Shown: positions 45,236 through 57,367, counted from the first letter of the stretch. The stretch: DNA of 64,000 nt from Synechococcus sp. AG-679-C18 (GCA_003210755.1 QCUL01000013.1:196-64195), one strand, 5' to 3'. Program-made: numbers and translations. The notes: generated from the sequence alone by a model not told the origin.

Positions 45236-47971
45236 ATGGTGTCACCAGATGTTTCTCAACTGTTTCCATTCCCTTTGGATGGGTTCCAGTTGGAATCGAT
45301 CGATGCACTGAATCAAGGCCATTCTGTTGTAGTGAGTGCGCCCACTGGATCTGGCAAAACGCTGGTTGGCGAATACGCGATTCATCGGGCGATTTCCCAC
45401 GGCCAAAAGGTGTTTTACACAACTCCTCTTAAGGCTTTATCCAATCAAAAGCTGCGTGATTTTCGTGAGCAGTTTGGAGCTGAAAATGTTGGCTTGATGA
45501 CGGGTGACCTGAGTGTCAACCGTGAGGCGCGAGTGGTGGTGATGACCACCGAGATCTTCCGCAACATGCTCTACGCAGAAGCGGACGAGCATGACGACCC
45601 TCTTGCAGACGTGGAGTCGGTCGTGCTCGATGAGTGCCACTACATGAATGACTCTCAGAGGGGCACTGTCTGGGAAGAATCGATCATTCACTGCCCCCCT
45701 TCTGTCCAACTGGTGGCGTTGTCAGCCACCGTCGCCAATGCGGGGCAACTCACCGATTGGATCGAAAAAGTTCATGGTCCGACTCGGCTCGTGATCAGTG
45801 ATTTCCGTCCGGTGCCTCTGCACTTCAGCTTCTGCAGTGCCAAGGGCCTCCATCCGCTTCTGAATGAACAGGGAACTGGCATCCATACCAATTGCAAGGT
45901 TTGGCGTGCTCCAAAAGGACACAAGCGCAAAGGGCGTTCTCCTCGGCCGCCTCAGCCGGAAGCACCGCCCATCAGCTTTGTGGTGGCTCAAATGGCTCAG
46001 CGGGAGATGCTTCCCGCGATCTATTTCATTTTTAGTCGTCGTGGGTGCGACAAGGCTGTTCGCGATCTTGGAGTGCAGTGTTTGGTAAGCGAGACCGAGC
46101 AATCGATCATTCGCAAACGGCTTCAGGCCTACACAGCCGCGAATCCTGAAGCGGTGCGCGATGGAATCCATGCCGATGCGTTGTTGCGTGGGATCGCGTC
46201 TCATCACGCAGGAGTGCTCCCTGCTTGGAAAGAGCTGATCGAGGAGTTGTTTCAGCAGGGGTTAGTGAAGGTAGTGTTTGCCACCGAAACGTTGGCTGCG
46301 GGCATCAACATGCCGGCGCGCAGCACCGTGATCGCATCTCTTTCCAAGCGCACTGAACGCGGGCACCGGCCCCTGATGGCCAGTGAGTTTCTGCAAATGG
46401 CTGGTCGTGCAGGCCGCCGCGGTTTGGACACAGAGGGTTATGTGGTGACTGTCCAGAGTCGATTTGAAGGGGTGAGAGAGGCAGGTCAACTAGCGACAAG
46501 CCCTTCTGATCCGCTGGTGAGTCAGTTCACTCCCAGCTACGGCATGGTTCTCAACTTGTTGCAACGTCATGACTTGGCCAAAGCTAGGGAGCTAGTGGAG
46601 CGCAGCTTTGGCCGTTACCTCGCCAGTTTGGATTTGGTCGAGGAAGAACAACATCTGGGTGAGTTGCGCTTGCAGCTGGGCCAGCTGCAAGGTACCGCTG
46701 GTGATGTGCCTTGGGAGGACTTTGAAGAATACGAAAAACAGCGTGGCCGCCTTAGGGAAGAAAGGCGCCTGCTCAGGATTCTTCAGCAGCAGGCTGAAGA
46801 AACACTGGCGCATGAATTGACGACAGCTCTTCAGTTTTCGAGCGTGGGAACGTTGGTGAGCCTCAAGTCACCTCGTCTGCGTGGTGGGGTGACCCCTGCT
46901 GTGATCGTTGAGAAGTGCGATGGCCCGGGCCAGTTCCCGCTCCTGCTTTGTTTGACCCAGGACAACGTTTGGATCCTCTTGCCCTGTCAGGCCGTGGTGA
47001 GTTTGCATGCGGAATTGAGCTGTTTGCAAGTTGATGGCGTGAAGTCGCCTGATCTGAGCCGTTCCGGTGAACTTCGTCATGGCGATCAGGACAGTGGCGG
47101 TCTGGCTTTGGCAGTAGCGCACATGGCCCGTCGCCATGATATGACCACAGCTCAGTACGACTTGGCTGGCGAGGTGTTGTCTCAAGTTCGCCTGGTCAAG
47201 GAGTTGGAAGATCAGTTAGGGGGGCATTCGGCCCATCGTTGGGGAGATCGCAAGCAACTCAAGAAGCACAGGCGTCGCATGGAAGATCTTGAGCATGAAA
47301 TCGCTGAGCGCCAGCAATTGCTCCATCACCGCTCCAACCGGCACTGGGATACCTTCCTTGCTCTGATTGAAATCCTTCGCCATTTTGGCTGTCTGGATGA
47401 TTTGGAACCAACAGAGATCGGTCGCACCGTTGCAGCTCTTCGTGGCGACAACGAGCTTTGGCTTGGCCTGGCACTGATGAGTGGTCATCTTGATGAGCTG
47501 CCTCCGGCAGAACTGGCTGCAGTTTTTGAGGCCATCAGCACGGAGGTGAATCGTCCAGATCTTTGGAGTGCATTCCCGGCACCTCCTCTTGCGGAAGAGG
47601 CCCTGCATGATTTGTCAGGAATCCGTCGGGAGCTTCTGCGGGCGCAGGAGCGCTTCAAGGTGGTGGTGCCAGCTTGGTGGGAGCCTGAATTGATGGGATT
47701 GGTGGAGGCTTGGGCCAAGGGGACAAACTGGAATGATCTGATCGCTAATACCTCTTTGGATGAAGGAGATGTGGTGCGGATCATGCGGCGCACGGTGGAC
47801 TTACTTACCCAGGTGCCCTACTGCGAGGCGATTAGCGAGCAGCTCCGCAACAATGCCCGTTTGGCCTTGAGTGCAATTAATCGTTTCCCAGTGGCTGAGG
47901 CTGATCAGGTCCTCAAGGCCGCGGCTGCTGACTCCAGTGGTTTGAGTGCAGCGACTGAGCGGGCCGCCTGA
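45236..47971 (+). CDS. Ski2-like superfamily-2 DEAD/DEAH-box RNA helicase
   Basis: 911 aa. APTGSGKT, DECH, SAT, HHAGVLP, QMAGRAGRRG motifs. The C-terminal DSHCT-like region ends ...DEGDVVRIMRRTVDLL. Confidence 0.85.
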   Translation: MVSPDVSQLFPFPLDGFQLESIDALNQGHSVVVSAPTGSGKTLVGEYAIHRAISHGQKVFYTTPLKALSNQKLRDFREQFGAENVGLMTGDLSVNREARVVVMTTEIFRNMLYAEADEHDDPLADVESVVLDECHYMNDSQRGTVWEESIIHCPPSVQLVALSATVANAGQLTDWIEKVHGPTRLVISDFRPVPLHFSFCSAKGLHPLLNEQGTGIHTNCKVWRAPKGHKRKGRSPRPPQPEAPPISFVVAQMAQREMLPAIYFIFSRRGCDKAVRDLGVQCLVSETEQSIIRKRLQAYTAANPEAVRDGIHADALLRGIASHHAGVLPAWKELIEELFQQGLVKVVFATETLAAGINMPARSTVIASLSKRTERGHRPLMASEFLQMAGRAGRRGLDTEGYVVTVQSRFEGVREAGQLATSPSDPLVSQFTPSYGMVLNLLQRHDLAKARELVERSFGRYLASLDLVEEEQHLGELRLQLGQLQGTAGDVPWEDFEEYEKQRGRLREERRLLRILQQQAEETLAHELTTALQFSSVGTLVSLKSPRLRGGVTPAVIVEKCDGPGQFPLLLCLTQDNVWILLPCQAVVSLHAELSCLQVDGVKSPDLSRSGELRHGDQDSGGLALAVAHMARRHDMTTAQYDLAGEVLSQVRLVKELEDQLGGHSAHRWGDRKQLKKHRRRMEDLEHEIAERQQLLHHRSNRHWDTFLALIEILRHFGCLDDLEPTEIGRTVAALRGDNELWLGLALMSGHLDELPPAELAAVFEAISTEVNRPDLWSAFPAPPLAEEALHDLSGIRRELLRAQERFKVVVPAWWEPELMGLVEAWAKGTNWNDLIANTSLDEGDVVRIMRRTVDLLTQVPYCEAISEQLRNNARLALSAINRFPVAEADQVLKAAAADSSGLSAATERAA

Positions 47972-48046
47972 ACGGGGCATCTGAAGGTTTTTTTGTTTGC
48001 TGTATTCGACGTGAAGGGCAGGCTTGGACCTTGTTTCTCGAGACGA

Positions 48047-49438
48047 TTAAGAGCTTGTCATCGCCGACGGATCGACAATCCGATCGAACTCCGAAGCACT
48101 GACATAGCCCAGCTCCAGGGCCGCATCGCGCAGGCTTGATCCCTGCTCGTGAGCGTATTTAGCGATGGCACTTGCCTTGTCGTATCCGATCACAGGCGTC
48201 AGCGGTGTGACGAGCATTAGCGATTGCTCCACGTCGCGTTGGATGCGACTGCGGTTTGGTTCGATACCCTCCACCATGGCCACTCGGAAGCTGTGGCAGG
48301 CATCGGTGAGAAGGGTGATCGATTTCAGCAGATTGAAGCCAATCAGCGGTTTGTAGACGTTCATCTGTAGGTGGCCGCCGGATCCAGCCATCGCCACCGC
48401 AGCATCGAGGCCCATGACCTGGGTGCAGACCATGGCCATCGCTTCGCACTGGGTGGGATTCACTTTGCCAGGCATGATCGAGCTGCCGGGTTCGTTCTCA
48501 GGTAAATGAAGCTCTGCAAGGCCGGCGCGGGGGCCGCAGGCGAGTAAACGGAGGTCGTTCGCGATCTTGAGCAAGCTCACCGCGAGCAATCGCAGTTGCC
48601 CCATGGCGTTCACCAGTCCATCATGGCTTGCCATCACAGCAAACTTGTTTGGAGCCGAGACCAAGGGCAATCCGCTCAGGCGCGCCAGTTCCGTTGCTGC
48701 CTGGTCGGCGAATCCTTCCGGGGCATTAAGGCCCGTTCCCACTGCAGTGCCGCCGAGCGGGAGTGGGTAGAGCTCTTGCAGTGATGTTTCAATGCGGTTC
48801 TGAGCACTGCTGAGCTGATCGCGCCAAGCTGAAGATTCTTGGCCAAGGGTGAGCGGCACCGCATCCTGCAGGTGGGTACGTCCAATCTTCACGATGCCTT
48901 GCCAGGCTTCACTCTTTGCAGCGAAAGCGTTGCTTAGTCGCTGCAATTCCGGCAATAGTCTGTGTTGGATGCCTGCGGCAGCAGCGATGTGGATGGCGGC
49001 TGGGAAGGCATCGTTGGTCGACTGTGAGCAGTTGACATGATCGTTCGGGTGCACCGGCTGGTGGCTGCCTAATGGCTCCCCCTCGCTCCGCGACACCAGG
49101 TTGCTGATCACCTCATTGACGTTCATGTTTGTCTGAGTGCCGCTGCCGGTTTGCCAAACCCTCAGGGGGAACTGATCGTCGTGATGGCCCTCGGCAATGG
49201 TGGCCGCCACCTTCACAATCAGGTCGCGTCGGTTGTCGTCCAACACCCCCAGGCGAGCGTTCACGATCGCTGCCGCTTGTTTGATTTGCGCCAGGGCATG
49301 GATCAAATCAATAGGAATGAGCTCATCGCTAATCCCAAAATTCTGTAGAGAGCGCTGGGTCTGTGCTCCCCAGAGGGATTTAGCCGGTACCTCGACCGGG
49401 CCCATGCTGTCGTGTTCGGTCCTTGTTGTTTGGGTCAT
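48047..49438 (-). CDS. fumC: class II fumarate hydratase
   Basis: 463 aa. [15 protein letters not shown] signature. Confidence 0.95.
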   Translation of the reverse strand: MTQTTRTEHDSMGPVEVPAKSLWGAQTQRSLQNFGISDELIPIDLIHALAQIKQAAAIVNARLGVLDDNRRDLIVKVAATIAEGHHDDQFPLRVWQTGSGTQTNMNVNEVISNLVSRSEGEPLGSHQPVHPNDHVNCSQSTNDAFPAAIHIAAAAGIQHRLLPELQRLSNAFAAKSEAWQGIVKIGRTHLQDAVPLTLGQESSAWRDQLSSAQNRIETSLQELYPLPLGGTAVGTGLNAPEGFADQAATELARLSGLPLVSAPNKFAVMASHDGLVNAMGQLRLLAVSLLKIANDLRLLACGPRAGLAELHLPENEPGSSIMPGKVNPTQCEAMAMVCTQVMGLDAAVAMAGSGGHLQMNVYKPLIGFNLLKSITLLTDACHSFRVAMVEGIEPNRSRIQRDVEQSLMLVTPLTPVIGYDKASAIAKYAHEQGSSLRDAALELGYVSASEFDRIVDPSAMTSS

Positions 49439-49536
49439 GACTTTCCGTCAGGGCGAAGGACTAACGCGATGATGATGAGCATCCCGCTCACACTGACTAC
49501 CACGTAAATCCAGTCGGCATAGGGGGTCCAGAACAT
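49435..49536 (-). CDS. candidate 33-aa single-TM peptide between purB and fumC
   Basis: Hand translation: [33 protein letters not shown]. Starts 5 nt after the purB stop. Its stop overlaps the fumC ATG (ATGA). Confidence 0.4.
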   Translation of the reverse strand: MFWTPYADWIYVVVSVSGMLIIIALVLRPDGKS

Positions 49537-49540
49537 CGAC

Positions 49541-50836
49541 TCACAGGCCTAGTCGATCCCACACCACTCCCAGATTGGCTTGGTGCAGGTCTGTGCTGAA
49601 GCACTCTGCGAGCTGGTCGGCACTGAGCTTGCCACTCACTTTGGGATCGTTTTGAAGGTTGGCGTGGAAGTCACCGCCATTGGTGTTCCAAGCGCTGTGC
49701 GCGTTGCGCTGAACCACCTGATAAGCGTCTTCACGGCTCATGCCCCCATCCACGAGGGCGAGCAGAACCCGTTGGCTGAAAACCACGCCTCCATACACAT
49801 TCATGTTGCGAACCATGTTGTCCGGGTACACCCCAAGGCCAGAAATCACGGCAGTCATCTCGCGAAGCATGAAGTGCAGAGTTGCGGAGCAATCAGGAAG
49901 CATCATCCTCTCTGTTGAGCTGTGGCTGATGTCACGTTCATGCCAGAGAGCCACATTTTCAAGAGCGGCCACGACGTAGCTACGGAGTACTCGTGCCAAA
50001 CCGCTGATCCGCTCGCTACGAATCGGGTTGCGTTTGTGGGGCATGGCTGAACTGCCTTTTTGCCCCTTGGCGAAGCTTTCCTCAACCTCGAGCACATCGG
50101 TGCGTTGGAGGTTGCGAATCTCGGTGGCGAAACGATCGAGTGAGGCCCCAATGAGGGCCAAGACCTGCACATAATCGGCATGGCGATCGCGGGAGATCAC
50201 CTGGGTGCTCGCAGTATCAGGAGAGAGGCCCAGAATTTCGCAGGTAAGCCTCTCCACCTCCGGATCTGTGTTGGCGTAGGTACCCATCGCTCCGCTCACC
50301 TGGCCAACAGCCACATCACGCTCCAGCCGAGCTAGTCGCTCAGAGTTGCGGCGCGTTTCTGCTAACCATCCAGCCAGCTTGAATCCAAAAGTGATCGGCT
50401 CGCCATGGATGGCGTGGGACCGACCGATCATCACGGTGGTCTTGTGCTCCGTGGCCAGCTTGGCGATCGCTGCATCCAAGGAAGTCAACTCATGGCGCAA
50501 TAGCGCAACGGATGCTTTCAACTGCAGCGCGAGCCCTGTGTCGAGGACGTCACTACTAGTCATTCCTACATGGATATAACGCCCAGCATCGCCCACGTGT
50601 TCGTTCACATTGGTGAGAAAGGCAATCACGTCATGGCGGACCTCGGCCTCAATCTCCAGGATCCGATCGGGCTCAAACGACGATTGCTCTCGGATCGTTT
50701 GCATCGCGTTTTTCGGAACGCGACCTAGCTTGCAATTAGCCTCGCAAGCGGCAATCTCAACATCAAGCCAACTTTGGTATTTGGCCCGGTCTGTCCAGAT
50801 CTTGCCCATTTCGGGCAGGGTGTATCTCTCGATCAA
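49541..50836 (-). CDS. purB: adenylosuccinate lyase
   Basis: 431 aa. GSSAMPHKRNP signature. Confidence 0.95.
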   Translation of the reverse strand: MIERYTLPEMGKIWTDRAKYQSWLDVEIAACEANCKLGRVPKNAMQTIREQSSFEPDRILEIEAEVRHDVIAFLTNVNEHVGDAGRYIHVGMTSSDVLDTGLALQLKASVALLRHELTSLDAAIAKLATEHKTTVMIGRSHAIHGEPITFGFKLAGWLAETRRNSERLARLERDVAVGQVSGAMGTYANTDPEVERLTCEILGLSPDTASTQVISRDRHADYVQVLALIGASLDRFATEIRNLQRTDVLEVEESFAKGQKGSSAMPHKRNPIRSERISGLARVLRSYVVAALENVALWHERDISHSSTERMMLPDCSATLHFMLREMTAVISGLGVYPDNMVRNMNVYGGVVFSQRVLLALVDGGMSREDAYQVVQRNAHSAWNTNGGDFHANLQNDPKVSGKLSADQLAECFSTDLHQANLGVVWDRLGL

Positions 50837-51262
50837 GGGCCAGCGCGTGGCAACGACTTAACCAATGTATGGCGCTGAAGGTTCGCTCAAAACGAATGAG
50901 CTATGCAGAGGTGAGTCTTCGATGATCAACTTCCCATTGAACGCTCTGTCCCCAGGCTTGCTGACGCACCCAGCACAGGCCCCCGCGGCATTCGATGATT
51001 TGAAAAGGCGGAAGATCGTTTGGGTGGTTGTCGAGCATGACAAAGGAACCTGGAGGTAGGAGCTCGAGCACACAACTAGATGGCTCATGAGAGGTACCAG
51101 GGAACTTGGTCCCTAGAGATGGGCGGAGTCCGCTTTTGAGGTCAAAGAGGTTAATGACTGACACGTACTCGCGTGCGGCTTGCCAAGATCTTCTAGGAGG
51201 TCTAAGGAATTCCGGGTGGAACTCCGGTATTTGTTTCGGTTTCACTTTGCGCTTATGTCGAA

Positions 51263-52441
<1,179 letters not shown>

Positions 52442-52684
52442 TCAGGAATTGGCCTGAGATGACAGGGCCGGGATAGGAGAAAGGTTCAATCCGGCGTTCG
52501 ACGCATCCTCAATAAGTTCACTGGCATTGGATTTCTTGACAGTGACGAGTCCCTCGGCAAGAAGCTCCCAATGGGATTTCTCGAAATGGGTCTGGAGCCA
52601 CAAAATGCCGTGGACGCTCTCAGGCTGCAGTCGGAAAGAATTCCCTTCGGTGATCAGACTGAGATCCATACCCAACGGGTGCAT
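52442..52684 (-). CDS. hypothetical 80-aa protein immediately upstream of glnB
   Basis: ORF track. 33-nt gap to the glnB start. No family recognised. The start may be the second Met (MDLSL). Confidence 0.45.
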   Translation of the reverse strand: MHPLGMDLSLITEGNSFRLQPESVHGILWLQTHFEKSHWELLAEGLVTVKKSNASELIEDASNAGLNLSPIPALSSQANS

Positions 52685-52723
52685 TGCTTATGACTATTAG
52701 GCCCGGATTCTGCGCCATCAGTT

Positions 52724-52737
52724 GTACGTATTGATAC
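52724..52737. promoter_or_regulatory. NtcA-type binding box GTA-N8-TAC (GTACGTATTGATAC)
   Basis: Read directly. On the minus strand a -10-like TAATAG (52699-52694) lies 24 nt downstream, followed by the orf80-glnB unit. The box also lies 66 nt upstream of the queF ORF start on the plus strand. Confidence 0.5.
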
Positions 52738-52803
52738 CGAATCAATCACTGTTGAAATCCACTCAACGCTTCTTGAAGGCCGGCCTTAAGGTCAAAAGCC
52801 GGT

Positions 52804-53232
52804 GTGAACCACATTCACCTCATGAGCATTTCCGGCACTGAAAGCACCAAAACCCCTCTGTATGGCGAAAGAGCTGTCGCCGAAGCAGAATTGATTTGTT
52901 TCGACAATCCAAGGCCAGGACGTCCCTATGAGGTCTCGATTGAATTGCCGGAATTCACCTGTCTGTGCCCTTTTTCGGGTTATCCGGATTTTGCTGTGTT
53001 GCGTTTGATTTATCAGCCTGGCCCCAGAGTGGTTGAGCTGAAAGCGATCAAGTTGTACATCAATCACTTTCGTAATTGTTCGATTTCCCATGAAGAGGTC
53101 TCGAACAAGATTCTCGATGATTTGATTACTGCCTGTGATCCGGTTTGGATTCAGATGGAAGCTGATTTCAACCCCCGTGGCAACGTCCACACTGTCGTGA
53201 GGGTTAGTCACGGGACTCGTCAACCTTGCTAA
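52804..53232 (+). CDS. queF: NADPH-dependent 7-cyano-7-deazaguanine reductase (unimodular QueF)
   Basis: 142 aa. [14 protein letters not shown] catalytic-Cys motif, [12 protein letters not shown]. The 3' end overlaps the ccsB end convergently by 29 nt. Confidence 0.85.
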   Translation: MNHIHLMSISGTESTKTPLYGERAVAEAELICFDNPRPGRPYEVSIELPEFTCLCPFSGYPDFAVLRLIYQPGPRVVELKAIKLYINHFRNCSISHEEVSNKILDDLITACDPVWIQMEADFNPRGNVHTVVRVSHGTRQPC

Positions 53233-54511
53233 TCAAGATTGGCAATTCTGCGGCGAAGCCAGCAAGATTTCGATTGCAAAGTCCTCCGATGTGCAGCTTT
53301 CTGCTCGATGGCTGAATGGCTGATGAATCCAGTACAGCCCAGAGTTGTCGGGTCGCTATCAAGCTGAGGCCTCCTCCAAGAAGTGTGATGGCGAAGCCTG
53401 CATACACGAGTGGAACTCCGGGATCACGCTTTAAAAGCAGGCCGCTGGCAGGCATCACTTCCACCACTCTGAGTGGCAATCCTTTGATTTCGGTGGACGT
53501 GCCACCCGGTCGCAGGTTGCCAAGCAGGGATCCGTCAGCATCAAACACTTGAATTGGACCTTGCTCGCTACTCAAACTCATCAACACGGGTTGGCTTCCA
53601 TCTGGGCGCGTTGGAAGCACAAGGCCCCAAATTTGTTCTCCAAGTTCGGGAAAACTGCGAAGGGGCAATTGAAGTTCAGGGCTTTTTCCGATCTGAACTG
53701 TGATTGCAGCCAGCTCCCAGTCGGCTTGATAGATAGTCATTCCTCGATATCTCAGAGGATGATTGACACTGATTTCGTGTTGTTCCGAAGGGCCTCCTGG
53801 AGGATTAAGCAGGAGGTTTGAGCGGAATTGCTCGGTGCGCCCTGCCGGATCTCTCTCAATTGCGAAGCGTTCAAGAGTGATCGAGAGCCTGTTGTTGCCA
53901 GAGGGATCAAGCAGATCGAGGACTCGGCCGGGCGCAAGGAAGCGTTCCAAGCGATTTCCAGAGAGTGCCCCCCAAGCAGCTCCGATCAAAAGCAGCACCA
54001 AACCGGCGTGAACCAATAGAGGCCCAACCTTGCCAATCACGCCCCGACGTGCGGCTAAACGATCCTCATGCCTCTGCACTTGCCACCCTTGACCTTGTAG
54101 GTGAGAGCTGAGGATGTTTAAGGCTGATTCGCCATTGGGACAAGCGATCGATTCCGCCAGTGCCAATTTACTGAGTTGTCTTGGTTTGCGATAGTCCACC
54201 CAGCGCATAGATGCCAAAAGTGCCGGCCACTGTCGACGCCAACTGCACAAAGTCAAAGCCAATCCCAGCCATGCCAGAAGTCCCAAAAACCACTGGCTTG
54301 AATAAATGTGGTTCAGCTGGAGTTGTAAGAGGTGTTTGCCATTAATCAGACCGAGCCATGGATCCGCGTCGAAACGCTCCAAATAAAGCTCAGGTGCCTC
54401 GTTCTGAGGAAGGATGGTTCCTAGAGCACTGGCTATGGCAATCAGCAGAAGCAGCAGGATCGCAAGACGAAGATCCGAGAGCAGGGCGAAGAGACGGCGA
54501 AGTGCACGCAT
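53204..54511 (-). CDS. ccsB: cytochrome c biogenesis protein CcsB (Ccs1/ResB family)
   Basis: ORF 53204..54670. The start is taken at [22 protein letters not shown], 4 nt after the ccdA stop. ResB-like topology. Confidence 0.85.
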   Translation of the reverse strand: MRALRRLFALLSDLRLAILLLLLIAIASALGTILPQNEAPELYLERFDADPWLGLINGKHLLQLQLNHIYSSQWFLGLLAWLGLALTLCSWRRQWPALLASMRWVDYRKPRQLSKLALAESIACPNGESALNILSSHLQGQGWQVQRHEDRLAARRGVIGKVGPLLVHAGLVLLLIGAAWGALSGNRLERFLAPGRVLDLLDPSGNNRLSITLERFAIERDPAGRTEQFRSNLLLNPPGGPSEQHEISVNHPLRYRGMTIYQADWELAAITVQIGKSPELQLPLRSFPELGEQIWGLVLPTRPDGSQPVLMSLSSEQGPIQVFDADGSLLGNLRPGGTSTEIKGLPLRVVEVMPASGLLLKRDPGVPLVYAGFAITLLGGGLSLIATRQLWAVLDSSAIQPSSRKLHIGGLCNRNLAGFAAELPILISKVDESRD

Positions 54512-54515
54512 CAGT

Positions 54516-55145
54516 TCAGACCAGTCTTGCCAACAATGTGAGTGCGCCTGTGGCGAGGAGAACGACGCCACTGATGGGTGGAATCCAACGGCCGATGGGT
54601 CGTAACGCCAATAAACGTGGCAGCGAAGCAGCCAAGTTGCCCGCAAGGAGGAGGGGCAGCACTTGGCCAATTCCGAAGCTTGTCAGCATCACCATTCCGA
54701 GGAGTGGGCGGCCAGTGCTGGCAATCCAGCCAAGAAGAACGGCTAACACTGGTGTCGTGCATGGTGACGCCGCCAGTCCAAACGCTAATCCTGCAGCAAC
54801 AGGGGCTAGTGGGGCAGGCACATTGCTTGTCCAGCTGAGCGGGTCAGGTCCTGCGGGAAGAGGGAGACGCACTACCCCGAGCAGATTGAGTCCCATCACA
54901 ACCGCTAAAACGGCTACGAGGGTTGGAATCAATCCTGGTATTTGGCCATAGATTCGGCCCAGAAGGCCACTCAGGCTGCCCAACACCACCAGAGCACCAA
55001 CAATGCCAGCACAGAAAGACAGGCTGCGTTGCCAAGGCTTTTGTTTGTTGTCGAAGCCCGCTAGGTAGGCAAGTGTGATCGGTAATAAGGAAAGAGAACA
55101 TGGCCCAAGGCTGGTAAGAGCTCCTCCTGCGAAAACAAGAGCCAC
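54516..55145 (-). CDS. ccdA: cytochrome c biogenesis thiol-disulfide transporter CcdA (DsbD-family TM domain)
   Basis: [19 protein letters not shown] and [13 protein letters not shown] Cys motifs. The N terminus may extend upstream through a non-ATG start, because the frame stays open to about 55270. Confidence 0.85.
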   Translation of the reverse strand: MALVFAGGALTSLGPCSLSLLPITLAYLAGFDNKQKPWQRSLSFCAGIVGALVVLGSLSGLLGRIYGQIPGLIPTLVAVLAVVMGLNLLGVVRLPLPAGPDPLSWTSNVPAPLAPVAAGLAFGLAASPCTTPVLAVLLGWIASTGRPLLGMVMLTSFGIGQVLPLLLAGNLAASLPRLLALRPIGRWIPPISGVVLLATGALTLLARLV

Positions 55146-55273
55146 CGTGATGGGGCCTGGCTGCTGCAGCGCATGGTTTAGAAGTTGCTCGCTACTGCGA
55201 GCAAGGTCTGACAGTGCCAGCTCGAGTGATGAAATAGTTGTACCGGTGCTGCCGGGATCAATTGATACTCACC

Positions 55274-56530
55274 TTATCCACGTCGTCGCTGATCGCGGTG
55301 GCTGTGACCACCGATTAAACCTGTGGATTCAAGTGAGCAACGGATTAATAAGCCAATAACCACCATGCTGGAGAGCAGTGAATTCCCTCCATAGCTGACC
55401 ATTGGGAGTGGGAGACCCGTTGTGGGCATGGCACCGGAGGCCACCGCAATATTCATCAGAGACTGTCCTACTAAAAGTGTTGAACATCCAATCGCTATCA
55501 GCCTTGCCTGGTTACTCCTGCAGCTCAATGCAACACGAAGCCCTAAAAAACCCATCAACATGAGGAATAACAGCAGCATCACCGATCCAACGAAGCCAAA
55601 CTCCTCGGCGTAGACGGCAAAGATGAAATCCGTGCTTTGGATGGGCAGATATTGCAGTTTCTGGGTCGATAGGCCGAAACCTTGGCCAAAAATTCCTCCT
55701 GATCCAATCGCCAGCAGGCTTTGGATGAGTTGATAACCATCGCCCTGAGGGTCTTGCCACGGATTGAGGAACGAGATCACGCGGATCCGTTGGTATTCAT
55801 TAATCAAGATGCTGCTAACCCCGAGCAGTCCCCCTGCCAGAGCGGTCCCAAAAAGTTGAATCAAGGGAAGTCCCGCTGAAAAAGCCATCAGCCAAATCAA
55901 AAGACCAATCAGTGCTGCGGTGCTCAGATTCGGCTGTTTGAGAATGAGCAGAACAAGTGTCGCGAAGCTTGCTAGCCAAAGCACCTTTTGATCCAAGGCA
56001 TTCCGCTTCCATAGGGCGAAGAGATTGGCGGCCTGGAGGACCACAAAGGGTTTCACCAACTCTGATGGTTGGACCTGAATTGGACCGATGACGAGCCAGC
56101 GACTCGCTCCATTAACGGTGGTACCCATGACCAATGTGGCTGCAACCATCAGGCAACCGATCCAAAGGCCAGGACCGGCGATTTTTAGCCAGCGTCTGAG
56201 TGTTGTTGAAGCAACGAACGCCATCAGACTCCAGCTGGCCAGCATCCACACCAGTTGACGTTTTAGGTAATAAGCCCCTTCCCCTTGTTCTCGAGCTGCA
56301 ACCCACCAGCTGGCTGAGGCCAACACCAGTAATCCAGCAACACACCAGATGGCAGTAAGACTGAGCAGGAGCCTCGCCTCTGTTGGCCAGAGAGACCAGT
56401 CGAGAGGTAGCCAACGCTGAACCCCTCGCTGATTGGAAACTGAGTCCACAGAGACTTTCGCTGCCCCCCTCCGCGTGGGTCGGCTCCTTCTGGAGGTCAC
56501 GCTGGAGTCGCTCAAAAGAAAGTAAATCAA
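55274..56530 (-). CDS. ftsW: FtsW/RodA/SpoVE-family (SEDS) cell-division protein
   Basis: 418 aa, about 10 TM segments. ...GYQLIQSLLAIGSGGIFGQGFG... and PLPMVSYGGNS motifs. Confidence 0.85.
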   Translation of the reverse strand: MIYFLLSDSSVTSRRSRPTRRGAAKVSVDSVSNQRGVQRWLPLDWSLWPTEARLLLSLTAIWCVAGLLVLASASWWVAAREQGEGAYYLKRQLVWMLASWSLMAFVASTTLRRWLKIAGPGLWIGCLMVAATLVMGTTVNGASRWLVIGPIQVQPSELVKPFVVLQAANLFALWKRNALDQKVLWLASFATLVLLILKQPNLSTAALIGLLIWLMAFSAGLPLIQLFGTALAGGLLGVSSILINEYQRIRVISFLNPWQDPQGDGYQLIQSLLAIGSGGIFGQGFGLSTQKLQYLPIQSTDFIFAVYAEEFGFVGSVMLLLFLMLMGFLGLRVALSCRSNQARLIAIGCSTLLVGQSLMNIAVASGAMPTTGLPLPMVSYGGNSLLSSMVVIGLLIRCSLESTGLIGGHSHRDQRRRG

Positions 56531-56583
56531 TAGTCAGACACCTATTGAGCCGCCCCATGAACGATTTGCCAAGCAAATACAAC

Positions 56584-56606
56584 AAAAAAACCCGACCAAG
56601 GCCGGG
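56584..56606 (-). terminator. rho-independent terminator of the apcABC operon
   Basis: The minus-strand RNA reads CCCGGC-CUUG-GUCGGG followed by U7, 30 nt after the apcC stop. The stem is imperfect on the plus strand (A-C mismatch), so it is strand-specific. Confidence 0.6.
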
Positions 56607-56636
56607 TTAAAGCGATGTGATTCAGTAATTGACTAT

Positions 56637-56837
56637 CTAATTGCCAACATTGACCTGACAACCACCTGTACAAAGTTCAACTTTGATGATGCGCCCACCT
56701 TGCTTCTGTATTCGTTGTTGTTCAGCAAACCAGCTTTCGTAAGGAACCCACTTTGTAAAAAAGGTATTTTGCAGCTCACGCTGCGAACGAACCTTTTCAG
56801 GTGAGGGAATGCAGGCTGTGACCTTGAAGAGACGCAT
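56637..56837 (-). CDS. apcC: phycobilisome core linker LC7.8
   Basis: 66 aa, [37 protein letters not shown]... The start overlaps the apcB stop. Confidence 0.9.
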   Translation of the reverse strand: MRLFKVTACIPSPEKVRSQRELQNTFFTKWVPYESWFAEQQRIQKQGGRIIKVELCTGGCQVNVGN

Positions 56838-57325
56838 CAGTTGCCAAGTCCGGAACAGATGTAGTCGAAGTAAACACCCATTTCCCTGCCAGCATCTGGA
56901 CCTGTAAGAGAGGCTGTCACTTCTTTCATGGCTTGGATGGCTTGGACAGTAGCTCCAATGGGTACACCCAATGAGTTGTAGGTTTCTTTCAAACCATTCA
57001 GTACGCGTTCGTCAAGAATTGATGTATCACCTGCGAGCATCGCGTAGGTGGAATAACGCAAGTAATAGTCAAGGTCTCGAATACATGCGGCGTACCGTCG
57101 AGTCGTATACATGTTGCCGCCTGGACGAGTGATGTCCGAATAAAGCAGCGACTTTGCTACAGCTTCTTTGATGATCGACGACGCGTTAGCGCTAATGGTT
57201 GCGGCAGCCTTGACTCTCAGTTCACCGCTGGTGAAATACTGCTCAAGGTTTGTCATGGAGTTGGTATCCAAGTACAGGCCTTGGACGTCCGACTTGTTGA
57301 TGACGTTGGTGATCGCGTCTTGCAT
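56837..57325 (-). CDS. apcB: allophycocyanin beta subunit
   Basis: 162 aa, [20 protein letters not shown]...[15 protein letters not shown]... Confidence 0.97.
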   Translation of the reverse strand: MQDAITNVINKSDVQGLYLDTNSMTNLEQYFTSGELRVKAAATISANASSIIKEAVAKSLLYSDITRPGGNMYTTRRYAACIRDLDYYLRYSTYAMLAGDTSILDERVLNGLKETYNSLGVPIGATVQAIQAMKEVTASLTGPDAGREMGVYFDYICSGLGN

Positions 57326-57367
57326 GGATCAGTTGAAGTGGCGTGGAAGGTGGGTGATTCCGATGAT

